Positions 1 through 9,122 of a stretch of DNA of 64,000 nt are shown one piece after another (the first letter of the stretch is position 1; the number at the start of each line of letters is the position of its first letter). The stretch is from NCBI GenBank assembly GCA_029781975.1, contig JAKOVQ010000016.1:530086-594085 (forward strand). The letters are read 5' to 3'. This DNA comes from Acidobacteriota bacterium (lineage in GTDB: Bacteria; Acidobacteriota; Thermoanaerobaculia; UBA5066). The notes under the pieces are model-generated. The model searched no databases. It saw nothing but the letters and a program-made list of their open reading frames with translations, and was not told where the DNA came from. The position numbers and the translations under genes are program-made.

Positions 1-206
1 GTCTCATCGCAGACGCCTTTCCGGCGGCTCCGCCGGCGGACGCGCCGTCCGTCGGGCTCGCCTGGGACTGTCGGGGCTGGCACGCGAGGGAGCCGAGGAG
101 CGCCGCCGCGGGGAGGAGGGCGGCAGCGAGCGCGGCGAGGAGCGTGGCCCGGCGCCCGGTGCGTGCGGGGAGAGAGCGAGCCGAGGGAGCGAGAGGGGTC
201 TTCATC
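1..206 (-). CDS. N-terminal part of a lipoprotein gene that continues beyond the window start (5' partial in window)
   Basis: Reverse-strand ATG at ~206 with GGAGG ~10 nt upstream; translates MKTPLAPSARSLPARTGRRATLLAALAAALLPAAALLGSLAC... = signal peptide + lipobox (L-G-S-L-A-C); runs off position 1. Not in ORF track because truncated by window edge. Confidence 0.4.
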
Positions 207-345
207 GGTGGGGCCTCCGTCCGGCGTGCGGGTCGGTCCGCCCCCGCCGCTCGCAAGGAGAGATGCCCGGCGCCCGGAGGAGGTTACCAGCGGCGGCCCG
301 ACCCGGAGGCATACTGGCCGCGGGCCGTCGCCCCGGAGGTGAGCC

Positions 346-1428
346 ATGACGAACGAGACGCCCGACGTCGACCGGGAACGCCGCGAGCTCCTGCGGCTCG
401 GCGCGGCGGCCACCGCGGGGCTGGTCGCCGGCGGCCTCGGCGCCTCCGCCCTCGGCGCCCCCGCCCTTCCGGCCGAAGGAGCGACGCGGACACGGCCCCT
501 TCCGGAGAACGCGAAGACCCCGGCGGCGATGCCGACCCGGAACCTGGGGAGGACGGGGTTCCGCGTCGGGATCTTCAGCCTGGGCGGCCAGGCGGCGGTC
601 GAGAAGCCGGAGAACGAGGCCGTCGCCGTCCCGATCGTCGAGCGGGCGCTCGACCTCGGCGTCAACTACGTCGACACCTCGGCCCGCTACGGCGGCGAGG
701 CGCGGTGGAGCGAACGGTACGTCGGGCAGGTGATGAAGCGGCGGCGGAAGGAGGCCTTCCTCGCCACGAAGACCCACGACCGGACGCGCGACGGCTCGCT
801 GAAGCTGCTGGAGAGGTCGCTCGAGCTCCTGCAGACGGACCACGTCGACCTCTGGCAGATCCACAACCTCTCCGAGATGGAGCAGGTGGAGCGGATCTTC
901 GCCCCCGACGGGGCCGTGAAGGCCCTCGTCGAGGCGAGGGAGCAGGGGCTCGTCCGCTTCGTCGGGGTCACGGGGCACGCGGACCCGGCGGTCCTCCTCG
1001 AGGCGGTCCGGCGTTTCCCGTTCGACACCCTCCTCCTCGCGCTGAACGCCGCGGACCGCCACCACCTGAGCTTCCGGCGGGAGCTCCTCCCCCGGGCGGT
1101 CGAGAAGGAGATGGGGATCATCGGGATGAAGGTCCCGGCGCGGGGCCGGATCCTCGCCGGCTGGACGCCTCCCCCTCCGGCGGAGCGGAGCGCCCGGAAC
1201 CCGGGGGATCGCCCCGGGACCCTCACCATGGCCGAGGCGATGCGCTACGTCCTGTCGCTCCCCGTCTCGACGGTCATCGTCGGCTGCGACACGATCGCCC
1301 AGCTCGAGGAGAACGTCGCCCTGGCGCGCTCCTTCAACCCGCTGACCGACGAGCAGATGGCCGCCCTCGAGGAGAAGGCCGCGCCGGTCGCCCGGCAGTC
1401 CCTCTTCTTCCGGAAGTGGAGCGCCTGA
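346..1428 (+). CDS. aldo/keto reductase family oxidoreductase with twin-arginine (Tat) signal
   Basis: 360 aa; N-terminus ERRELLRLGAAATAGLVAG = RR Tat motif; body (VNYVDTSARYG, GVTGH, IVGCDTIAQLEEN) typical AKR fold; balanced composition unlike overlapping Arg/Gly-rich frames. Confidence 0.9.
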   Translation: MTNETPDVDRERRELLRLGAAATAGLVAGGLGASALGAPALPAEGATRTRPLPENAKTPAAMPTRNLGRTGFRVGIFSLGGQAAVEKPENEAVAVPIVERALDLGVNYVDTSARYGGEARWSERYVGQVMKRRRKEAFLATKTHDRTRDGSLKLLERSLELLQTDHVDLWQIHNLSEMEQVERIFAPDGAVKALVEAREQGLVRFVGVTGHADPAVLLEAVRRFPFDTLLLALNAADRHHLSFRRELLPRAVEKEMGIIGMKVPARGRILAGWTPPPPAERSARNPGDRPGTLTMAEAMRYVLSLPVSTVIVGCDTIAQLEENVALARSFNPLTDEQMAALEEKAAPVARQSLFFRKWSA

Positions 1429-1514
1429 CGGGGGGACGACGCGCCCGGCGCGGCTGCGGAAGGCCCGCGACCGCCTTCCTCCGCCGGCCCGGATCCCCTT
1501 ACGATTCCCGCTCC

Positions 1515-2441
1515 ATGGCACGCCCCCTCCGCCGCTCGCCGGCCTCGCCCGTCCGCCTCCTGGTCGGGAGCGTCACCTTCCTGATTTTCGCCGCCAACAC
1601 GATCTTCTGGGTGGCCCTCCTCTACGTGGCGACGCTCCTGAAGATCGTGGTCCCGCTCGCGGCGTGGCGACGGCTCCTCTCGCGCGTCCTGACCGTCATC
1701 GCGGAGGCGTGGATCGCCGGCAACTCCCTCGGCCTCGCGCTGACCCAGCCGACGCGCTGGGACGTCGCGGGCCTCGAGGGGCTCCGGAGGGACGCGTCCT
1801 ACCTCGTCCTCTCGAACCACCAGTCGTGGGTCGACATCCCGGTCCTGCAGAAGGTCTTCCTCGGGAAGATCCCGTTCCTCCGCTTCTTCCTCAAGAAGGA
1901 GCTGATCCGGGTGCCGCTCCTCGGCGCCGCCTGGTGGGCGCTCGACTTCCCGTTCATGAAGCGCCACTCGCGCGAGGAGCTGGAGAGACACCCGGAGAAG
2001 AGGGCGGAGGACCTCGAGACGACGCGGAAGGCGTGCGAGAAGTTCCGCCACGCGCCGGTGTCGGTCATCAACTTCGTCGAGGGGACCCGCTTCACCGAGG
2101 AGAAGAGGGCGAGGAGCGGGAGCCCGTTCCGCCACCTCCTCCCGCCGAAGGCCGGGGGGCTCGCGTTCGCGGCCTCCGCGCTCGGGACGACGCTCCGCTC
2201 CCTCGTCGACGTGACGATCGCCTACCCGGACGGGCGGCCGACCTTCTGGGACCTGATCTCGCGCGGCCTTCCCCGGGTCGTCGTGCGGGTGCGCGAGCTC
2301 CCGATCCCCGGGGAGTGGCTCACGGGCGACTACCAGGGGGACGAGGCGTTCCGCGCCCGCGTGCAGGAGCGGATGCGCCTCGTCTGGGAGGAGAAGGACG
2401 CACTCGTCGACCGGCTCGTCGCGGAGGGGCCCGCGGCCTGA
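1515..2441 (+). CDS. lysophospholipid / 1-acyl-glycerol-3-phosphate acyltransferase family membrane protein (PlsC-like, HXXXXD)
   Basis: Internal ATG (MARPLRRSPA...) inside the 765-aa composite ORF; N-terminal TM helix then SNHQSWVDIPVL (HX4D acyltransferase motif) and FVEGTRF motif block; upstream 1370 nt of that composite ORF are a different frame artefact. Confidence 0.85.
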   Translation: MARPLRRSPASPVRLLVGSVTFLIFAANTIFWVALLYVATLLKIVVPLAAWRRLLSRVLTVIAEAWIAGNSLGLALTQPTRWDVAGLEGLRRDASYLVLSNHQSWVDIPVLQKVFLGKIPFLRFFLKKELIRVPLLGAAWWALDFPFMKRHSREELERHPEKRAEDLETTRKACEKFRHAPVSVINFVEGTRFTEEKRARSGSPFRHLLPPKAGGLAFAASALGTTLRSLVDVTIAYPDGRPTFWDLISRGLPRVVVRVRELPIPGEWLTGDYQGDEAFRARVQERMRLVWEEKDALVDRLVAEGPAA

Positions 2442-2475
2442 GACGCCGGGCGGGCGGCCCGGGATCCCGCCCGGG

Positions 2476-3204
2476 TCAGCCGCGCGCGGTCGTCCCGCCC
2501 GCCCGGGCGCGCGTGGCGTCCGCGAGGGCGGCCAGGTCGTCCCCGTCGAGGAGGCTCCGGGCCAGGAGGACGACTCCCGCCAGCGAGTCCGGCCCGGCGG
2601 AGGGCGCCGAGGCGAGCCGGGCCGCCCGCTCCTTCAGGGCGCCTTCGTCGGCGTCCGGGTCGCCGAAGGAGTCGACGAGGGACGCGAGCGGCGGGGGGAA
2701 GCGTCCCCGCGCCGCCTCCTCGAGGAGGTCGCGCGCGACGGGCGTCGTCTCGGGCGCCGCGATGCCCGAGAGCGAGGCGGCGAACGCGGCCCCGGCGCGA
2801 GCCTCCACGAGGCCGGACGCGCTCAGCCGGCGGGCGATCGCGGCGAGCCCGACGAGGAGGCCGTCGCCGGCCAGGACGGAGCCGATCCCGATCCCCGTCA
2901 GCCCGAGGACCTCCCGCCGGTAGGAGACGACGAACCGCTCGCGGCTTCCGAGCTTCGCCACGAGGGCGCGGGCGCGCGCGGCGGCCCAGCGGACGACCGT
3001 CGCCTCGAGCGGGGGGAGGCCGTCGACGTTCGCCGTGACGAGCGTCAGGGTCCGCGCGGGGAGGGGGAGGATCGCGAGATGGCGGGCGAGGCCCGCGAGA
3101 GTCACCTTGGCCGGGCGCGGCCCCTCGGCCGGGGGAGACGGCGGGCGGGGGGCTGGCTTCGCCGGCGCGGCGGGGGTCGGCTCGGGCAACGAGAGGACGG
3201 GCAC
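2476..3204 (-). CDS. hypothetical protein (Pro/Ala-rich N-terminus)
   Basis: 242-aa ORF with non-junk composition in C-terminal 2/3; no family recognised; could be shorter than called. Confidence 0.4.
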   Translation of the reverse strand: MPVLSLPEPTPAAPAKPAPRPPSPPAEGPRPAKVTLAGLARHLAILPLPARTLTLVTANVDGLPPLEATVVRWAAARARALVAKLGSRERFVVSYRREVLGLTGIGIGSVLAGDGLLVGLAAIARRLSASGLVEARAGAAFAASLSGIAAPETTPVARDLLEEAARGRFPPPLASLVDSFGDPDADEGALKERAARLASAPSAGPDSLAGVVLLARSLLDGDDLAALADATRARAGGTTARG

Positions 3205-3392
3205 GGGCTCTCCTTCCTCGAGTCCTCGCCGGCAGGGGAGGCCCGGCCCGAGGCGAGGGACCAGGGAATCCTAGGTTCGATCCCTCGGCGCATCAAGGGA
3301 AAAGGTCCCGCGCCGCCGGGGGAGAAGGGAACGTCCGCCCCGCGCCGGGCGCGGGGCGGACGCGATGGAGACCCGGACGCGAGGGGGCGTGG

Positions 3393-4022
3393 TCAGAAGC
3401 GGAGGCTGAGGCCGACGGAGGCGAGGAAGGGCCTCATGTCGAGCTCGAGCTTCACGCCGGTCGCGTCCGCGGTCGAGTCGGGCCTCAGGTGGACGTACCG
3501 CCCGTCCAGGGTCAGGCCGACGGCGTCCGAGAGGGCGAAGCGGACCCCCGCGCAGGCGGCGAAGGAGAAGGTGTCCTCCAGCGACACCCGGCCGATGCCG
3601 AGGGTGTCGAGGTCGGCGCTGGCGAACGAGTCGAAGAGCGTGTAGGCGCCTCCCGCGCCGACGTAGGGGTCGACGGCCCCGCGCCCGGCGGGATGGAGCT
3701 GGACGAGGAGGAGGAGGGGCGTGATCGTCGCCGACCCGAGCGAGGCGATCTCCTGCCCCCGGAACGTCAGCGCCCCGCGCGACTGGAGGAAGAAGGCGCT
3801 CGCCTCCGCCGAGAGGAGGTGACCGAGGGGGACGTCGAGCGAGACGCCGGGGCGGAAGCTGTCGCGGAAGGCGACCTGGGTCCCGAAGGAGTCGGTGACG
3901 GTCGAGCCGGAGAAGTGGGTGTAAGTCCCCCATGCGGTCAGCTGGAACGGGGCGCGCTGGGCCTCGGCGGCTCCCGCGACGGCGAGGAGGCCGAGGACGA
4001 GGGCGAAGCGGACGGTTCGCAT
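3393..4022 (-). CDS. outer-membrane beta-barrel protein (OmpW/OmpA-like small porin)
   Basis: 209 aa; signal peptide MRTVRFALVLGLLAVAGAAEA|Q; alternating amphipathic beta-strand pattern; C-terminal ...LSLRF (aromatic terminal residue typical of OMPs); 19 nt downstream of acylase stop = same operon. Confidence 0.75.
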   Translation of the reverse strand: MRTVRFALVLGLLAVAGAAEAQRAPFQLTAWGTYTHFSGSTVTDSFGTQVAFRDSFRPGVSLDVPLGHLLSAEASAFFLQSRGALTFRGQEIASLGSATITPLLLLVQLHPAGRGAVDPYVGAGGAYTLFDSFASADLDTLGIGRVSLEDTFSFAACAGVRFALSDAVGLTLDGRYVHLRPDSTADATGVKLELDMRPFLASVGLSLRF

Positions 4023-4041
4023 GCGAATCTGCTCCTCGGTG

Positions 4042-6861
4042 CTACTCGGTCCAGGGGACGACCGGGCCGCCCTGGACGGGGGCCGGGTAGGTGAGGTTCG
4101 TCAGCCACATCGGAAGGAGGTTCACGTAGAGGGGGCTGCCGATCACGCCGCTGACGCCGCCGGGAAGGCTCGACCAGGCCTGGATCCCGTCCGGCGCCGC
4201 GTCGCAGACGTAGCGGCGCGACGGCCCCGAGCCGAACGTGAAGTCGCTCGGCTTCGTCGCCCGGACCCTGTGGTTGGCGACGTCGACGGTCCCGACGCCG
4301 CCCGAGCGCGAGATCCCGGGGAGGCCGGGGACGCTGGGTGGGAAGGCCCCGCCGGCCGGCGGGACGCTGAAGGGGGAGCCGAGCGGGTGGGCGAAGGTGA
4401 TCCGGTGGAGCGTCCCCCACCGGTAGTCGTCGAGGTTCGTCGAATGGCCGAACGCGGGGGCGAAGGCGTCGCCCGCGAGGAGCGCGAGGGTGTCCGAGAG
4501 GCTCTGGAGGATGAAGTAGTCGCGCCGGTCCTCGGGAGCCTGGATGCCGCGGACGGCGAAGAAGTCGAGGCCGGACGCTCCGACGCCGTGGCTCGTCGGG
4601 AAGGTCTCGAGGAGGTGCCTCAGCGCCGGGAGGGTCCCGTTGTGGTCGTTCGACGGGATCGGGAGGTCGAAGGGCGCGAGCGTCCGGTCGATGACCGCGG
4701 AGGCGAAGACGCCCCGCCAGGTCGAGTAGACCGTCGCGGCGACGCTCGCCGCGGCCTGCGCGTCGGTGGGCTCGGTCCCCGCCGGCTTGCCGGGGTCCCA
4801 CCCGTTCGTCAGGCCGCTCGGCGTCGAGAAGTCCCACGTCCTGAGCCGGGCGACCGCGGCGGCGACGCCGGGGTCGGCGGCCAGCGCGGCCAGAGCGGGG
4901 TCCGCGCCGGCCGCCGACCCGCGGTCGAACGCCGCGAGGATGTACGGGACGAAGACCTGCGCGTCGAGGAGGACGTTGTCGGCCTGGATCGCCTTCATGT
5001 CGGCGAGCGAGAGCTTCCCCGCCGAGGCGATCTTCGCCTTGATCAGCTGCGTGATCCGCGCGCAGCGGAAGCCGTCGTAGCCGTAGTTCAGGTAGTAGAA
5101 CCCGCCCGTCGCGCGCCTCTTCGAGAGCGGGTTGTTCGTGAGGGTGACGCCGACCGGGTCGTTGTTCGCGTTCGCGAACCACCCCTGCGCCGGGTCGACG
5201 GCGTGCGGCCGCTCGTCGGGCGGGAGGATCTCGAACGGGAGGGCCTGGTTGGTGTAGACGTTCTTCCGCGGGAGCCACTCGTTGCCGCCCGAGCCGTCCC
5301 GGATGAACCAGGGCGGGAGGCCGTTCACCGTCCCCGCCTCGAGGTCCTCGCGCAGCGGCTGCTCGCCGCTCGTCAGGTACGCGATGCTCCCGGCGGAGTC
5401 GACGACGCCCCAGTTGAACGAGCCGACGGTGAGGTACGTCAGCCCCCGGCGGAAGTCGTCGAGGCTCTTCGCGGTGTCCCACGTCCGGAAGCCGTCGACC
5501 TCGCGCGTCGGGGAGAAGCCGGAGTACTGGAGGGTGAGCGCGGTGCCGTTCGCCAGGTCGAGCGCGATGATCGGCCCGAAGTTGCGGCGCGGGGAGAGGA
5601 GCGTGGCGGGGGGGATCGGCCCGCCGGCGGGGACGACGGAGAGGTCGTCGGGGACCCCGTTGCCGACGTTGTTCTGCCGGAAGACCTCCGGGACGGCGAC
5701 GAGCTGCTCGGGCTTGCCGTCGTGGAGGAGGGCGAAGCCGGCGGGCGACCCCGGGGACGGGACGACCGTCTCGAGGTAGACGTCGGTGACGTCGGTCGGG
5801 TTGTTGGTCGCGCCCCAGGCGACGGAGTCGGTGTTGCCGAGGAGGACGAACGGGACCCCGGCCGCTCCCATCCCGGCGGCGTCGATCGGACCGCCCCGGA
5901 GAGACATCGGGTACCACGTGGAGGGGGTCCCGAGCGAGAGGTGCGGGTCGCTCGCCAGGAGCGGGTGCCCGGTGGTGCTGTACCGGCCGCTCACGGCCCA
6001 CTCGTTCGAGCCGTGGTCCCGGTCGCGGTTCAGGGCCTCGAGGTAGTAGGGGGCGGCGGCCGCGCGATCGCGGTACTCCCGCAGGAGGTCGAGCGCGCCG
6101 CGCTCCCGGAGCGCGGTGAGAGCCGCGGCCGCCCCGGCCCCGAGCCGCGCGGAGCGACGCTGCCAGGCCGACGGGACGCGCCCGGCCGCGGCGGCGGCGC
6201 CGGAGGGCGGCAGGGTCGTCGTCGGGTCGAACGGCTGGGTCCTGACGAGGTCCTCGGCGAAGAGGGCCTCGCCGTCGAAGCCCGCGACCGCCCCCGTCGC
6301 CTCGTACGTCAGGAGGAGCGTCGTCCGGTCGATGTCCGAGTCGTCGAAGAACTGGCCGAGGAGGAAGAGGTTCGCGAAGGAGAGGCTGTCGACCGCCGTC
6401 CACGGCTGGAACTTCGTGATCTCGAGCGCCCCGTACTCGGGCGGGAGCGGGTGGCTCGAGACGTACGCGTTGACGCCGAGCGCGTAGGCGTCCATGGCCT
6501 CGCGCCCCTCCTTCGAGATCAGGCCGTAGGCGGTGCTGGCCGTCCGGCGGAGGCCGAGCGTCCGGAGGAGGACGTCGCTCGAGAGGGCGGCGGGGCCGAC
6601 GAGCTCGGCGAGCGTCCCGCTGGCCTGCCGCCTGAAGTAGTCCATCTGGAAGAGCCGGTCCTCGGCCTGGACCCAGCCGGTCAGGAAGTGGAGGTCCCAC
6701 TCCGTGAAGCCGAAGACCTGGGGGATGCCGTTGGCGTCCCGTGTGATGGTGCCGCCGATCCGCATCCCGGGAAGGCGGATCAGGTCCCCCTTCTCCGAGA
6801 CCTGCGCGGCCGCGGGAGCCGCGAGCGCGAGGACGACGGCCAGGACCAGGCTGCGACGCAT
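4042..6861 (-). CDS. penicillin amidase / acyl-homoserine-lactone acylase family Ntn-hydrolase (S45), secreted
   Basis: Start taken at internal ATG 6861 (MRRSLVLAVVLALAAPAAAQ signal peptide; GAGGAGGAGG SD 6 nt upstream); autoproteolytic nucleophile motif ...DHG|SNEWAVSGRYSTTGHPLLASDPHL; ~939 aa. The annotated 1060-aa ORF upstream extension (6862-7224) is not protein-like. Confidence 0.9.
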   Translation of the reverse strand: MRRSLVLAVVLALAAPAAAQVSEKGDLIRLPGMRIGGTITRDANGIPQVFGFTEWDLHFLTGWVQAEDRLFQMDYFRRQASGTLAELVGPAALSSDVLLRTLGLRRTASTAYGLISKEGREAMDAYALGVNAYVSSHPLPPEYGALEITKFQPWTAVDSLSFANLFLLGQFFDDSDIDRTTLLLTYEATGAVAGFDGEALFAEDLVRTQPFDPTTTLPPSGAAAAAGRVPSAWQRRSARLGAGAAAALTALRERGALDLLREYRDRAAAAPYYLEALNRDRDHGSNEWAVSGRYSTTGHPLLASDPHLSLGTPSTWYPMSLRGGPIDAAGMGAAGVPFVLLGNTDSVAWGATNNPTDVTDVYLETVVPSPGSPAGFALLHDGKPEQLVAVPEVFRQNNVGNGVPDDLSVVPAGGPIPPATLLSPRRNFGPIIALDLANGTALTLQYSGFSPTREVDGFRTWDTAKSLDDFRRGLTYLTVGSFNWGVVDSAGSIAYLTSGEQPLREDLEAGTVNGLPPWFIRDGSGGNEWLPRKNVYTNQALPFEILPPDERPHAVDPAQGWFANANNDPVGVTLTNNPLSKRRATGGFYYLNYGYDGFRCARITQLIKAKIASAGKLSLADMKAIQADNVLLDAQVFVPYILAAFDRGSAAGADPALAALAADPGVAAAVARLRTWDFSTPSGLTNGWDPGKPAGTEPTDAQAAASVAATVYSTWRGVFASAVIDRTLAPFDLPIPSNDHNGTLPALRHLLETFPTSHGVGASGLDFFAVRGIQAPEDRRDYFILQSLSDTLALLAGDAFAPAFGHSTNLDDYRWGTLHRITFAHPLGSPFSVPPAGGAFPPSVPGLPGISRSGGVGTVDVANHRVRATKPSDFTFGSGPSRRYVCDAAPDGIQAWSSLPGGVSGVIGSPLYVNLLPMWLTNLTYPAPVQGGPVVPWTE

Positions 6862-7424
6862 CGATGCCTCCTCCTCGCCGGAACGGAGGCGAGCCCTGCC
6901 CGCCGGCCGCACCGGGCGTTCGTGGGTGTGACGAGAACGGCCCCGACTATGCGAGCGGGCGAACCCGTGGTCAAGGACGGGCCGCGCGTTAGCGCGGTCC
7001 CGCCCCGAAACCCGCGACGCGGCGGAGCCACGGGACGACCGCCGCCGCGGCGTCGTCACGAGGCGGGCGTCGAGCGCGCCCCCCGCCCGGGGATCGGCGC
7101 CCGGCGCCGGGCGGAGGGTCAGCGGGAGGAAGCGGCGACGGTCCGTCCGCTCGGTGTCGTCGTCGCCCTGCACGAGCGTCAGGATGGTGCGTGACCCGTC
7201 GTCGTTCCGGCTGACGTAGACCACGCTGACCCCGAGCCGGGCGTCGAGGTAGGGGCGGAACCGCGGGACCGCTCCCCAGGGAATGGCGATCTCGTAGCGG
7301 GCCGCCCCGGCGCCTCGAGCGCGAACGCGAGGATGGCCCCCTCGTCGAGGACGGCGCCGCGGGCGCCGGACGCCAGGAGGACGGCACCGAAGGCCGCGAC
7401 TCGGAGAAGGGTCCTCGCTCTCAC
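6862..7424 (-). pseudogene. possible frameshifted small secreted-protein gene (or mis-sequenced G-run) between EmrB and the acylase
   Basis: ORF 7179..7424 begins with a good signal peptide (MRARTLLRVAAFGAVLLASGARG) but turns to junk after ~40 aa at a GGGGCGGCCCGC run (~7285); a -1 frame then reads as real protein (RYEIAIPWGAVPRFRPYLDARLGVSVVYVSRNDDGSRTILTLVQGDDDTERTD...) with no stop before the acylase ATG. Confidence 0.25.
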
Positions 7425-7488
7425 GCCCGGTCCCCCGCCCGGAGGGCCGAGGGATTCTAGGCTCCGGCGAGCGGCTCCTGCGACCCGG

Positions 7489-9042
7489 TCAATGGAGCGC
7501 CTCGACCGGGACCTTCCCTCCCTTGCCCTTCTTGAAGAGGACGAGGAGCGGGATGCAGACGAGGAAGAACCCGCCCACGAGGCGGAAGGCGTCCATGTAG
7601 GTGAGGAGCGCCGTCTGCCGGGCGACCACTCCCTCCAGCGCCCCGAAGGCCTTCTGCTGCGCGGCGAGCGGCGGGACGCCGCGGCCGACGAACCCGAGGG
7701 TCACCTTGTGGAGCCATTCCGTCGCGTTCGTGCTGTACGGGGTGAGGTGCCGGATGAGGAGGTCGCGGTGGGTCCAGGAGCGCCGCTCGATGAAGGTGGC
7801 GACGATCGCGATGCCGAAGGAGCCGCCCAGCTGCCGCGCCATGTTGGTCAGCCCGGTCCCCTGCGCGATGTCGGCCCCCTTCAGGTTCGAGAGGGCGATC
7901 GTGGTCAGCGGGACGAAGAGGCACGCCAGGCCGACGCCGCGGAGGACGAGGGGCCAGAAGAAGTCCATCTGGTCCGAGCCGAGGTTCGAGCGCGAGAGCA
8001 TCAGGCAGAAGACGAAGAAGACGACGAAGCCGATCGCGTTGAGGAGCTGGGGCGGGAAGCCGCGCTGCAGGAGCTTGCCGATGAGCGGCATCATCAGCGC
8101 GGTCGCGAGCCCGCCGGGGAGGAGGATCAGGCCGGTCTGCGTGGCGGTGAACCCGAGGATCCTCTGGACGAAGAGCGGGAAGATGAGGACCGACGAGTAG
8201 AGGCCGAACCCGAGGATGAAGGTGAAGACCGTCCCCATCGCGAGCGACCGGTCCTTCAGGACGCGCAGGTCGACGATGGGGTGCTCCGTCCTCAGCTCGT
8301 GCCAGACGAAGAGCGGCAGGACGATCGCGGCGACGGCGGCCAGGACCGTGATGTAGGTCGAGGCGAACCAGTCCTCGCGGTCGCCCCGCTCGAGGACGAC
8401 CTGCAGGCTCCCGATCCCGACGGCGAGGAGGGCGATCCCGAGCTTGTCGATCGAGCCGACGCGCCGCTTGTGCTGCGGCTCCCTGATGAAGGCCAGCGTC
8501 AGGACGGTGGCGGCGATCCCGATCGGGAGGTTGACGTAGAAGATCCAGGGCCAGGCGAAGTTGTCGGTGATCCAGCCGCCGAGCGTCGGGCCGATCGTGG
8601 GGCCGACGACGACGCCGAGGCCGAAGAGGGCGTTCGCGAGCCCGAGCTCCTGCGGCGGGAAGGTCTCGACGAGGATCGCCTGCGAGGTGGAGAGGAGCGC
8701 GCCCCCGCCCATCCCCTGGACGAACCGGAAGATCACGAGCTCCCAGATGTTGCTGGCGTGCCCGCAGAAGAACGAGGCGACGGTGAAGAGGACGATCGAC
8801 CCGGCGAAGTAGCGCCGCCGGCCGAGGACCGAGGAGAGCCATCCGGTCATCGGGAGGACGATGACGTTCGCGACCACGTACGCGACGACGACCCACGCCA
8901 CCTCGTCGAGCGTCGCCCCGAGGTTCCCCATCATGTCGGGGAGGGCGACGTTGACGATCGAGGTGTCGATCAGCTCGATCACCGACGCCGTGATGACCGT
9001 CAGGGTGATGAGCCACTTGCGGAGGGGGTTCGTCTCGACCAC
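7489..9042 (-). CDS. MFS drug:H+ antiporter, DHA2 (EmrB/QacA) family, 14-TMS type
   Basis: 517 aa, GTG start; motifs GWLSSVLGRRR, FRFVQGMGGG, multiple TM segments; typical EmrB architecture. Confidence 0.92.
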   Translation of the reverse strand: MVETNPLRKWLITLTVITASVIELIDTSIVNVALPDMMGNLGATLDEVAWVVVAYVVANVIVLPMTGWLSSVLGRRRYFAGSIVLFTVASFFCGHASNIWELVIFRFVQGMGGGALLSTSQAILVETFPPQELGLANALFGLGVVVGPTIGPTLGGWITDNFAWPWIFYVNLPIGIAATVLTLAFIREPQHKRRVGSIDKLGIALLAVGIGSLQVVLERGDREDWFASTYITVLAAVAAIVLPLFVWHELRTEHPIVDLRVLKDRSLAMGTVFTFILGFGLYSSVLIFPLFVQRILGFTATQTGLILLPGGLATALMMPLIGKLLQRGFPPQLLNAIGFVVFFVFCLMLSRSNLGSDQMDFFWPLVLRGVGLACLFVPLTTIALSNLKGADIAQGTGLTNMARQLGGSFGIAIVATFIERRSWTHRDLLIRHLTPYSTNATEWLHKVTLGFVGRGVPPLAAQQKAFGALEGVVARQTALLTYMDAFRLVGGFFLVCIPLLVLFKKGKGGKVPVEALH

Positions 9043-9122
9043 GGCTGGGGCTTCCTCTGCCGGCGCCTCAGGCGGCGCCGCGCGGACGGCGGTGCGGAGG
9101 GGACGGGGCGGGCGTCAACGCG

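Noticed and set aside
144-2441. 765-aa plus-strand ORF
   Set aside because: Only the last 309 codons (from ATG 1515) are protein-like (acyltransferase). The upstream part overlaps the aldo/keto reductase gene in another frame and is Arg/Pro/Gly junk.
3270-3320. tRNA-like T-arm fragment GGTTCGATCCC
   Set aside because: No matching acceptor 5' strand, D-arm or anticodon arm can be built; likely chance similarity.
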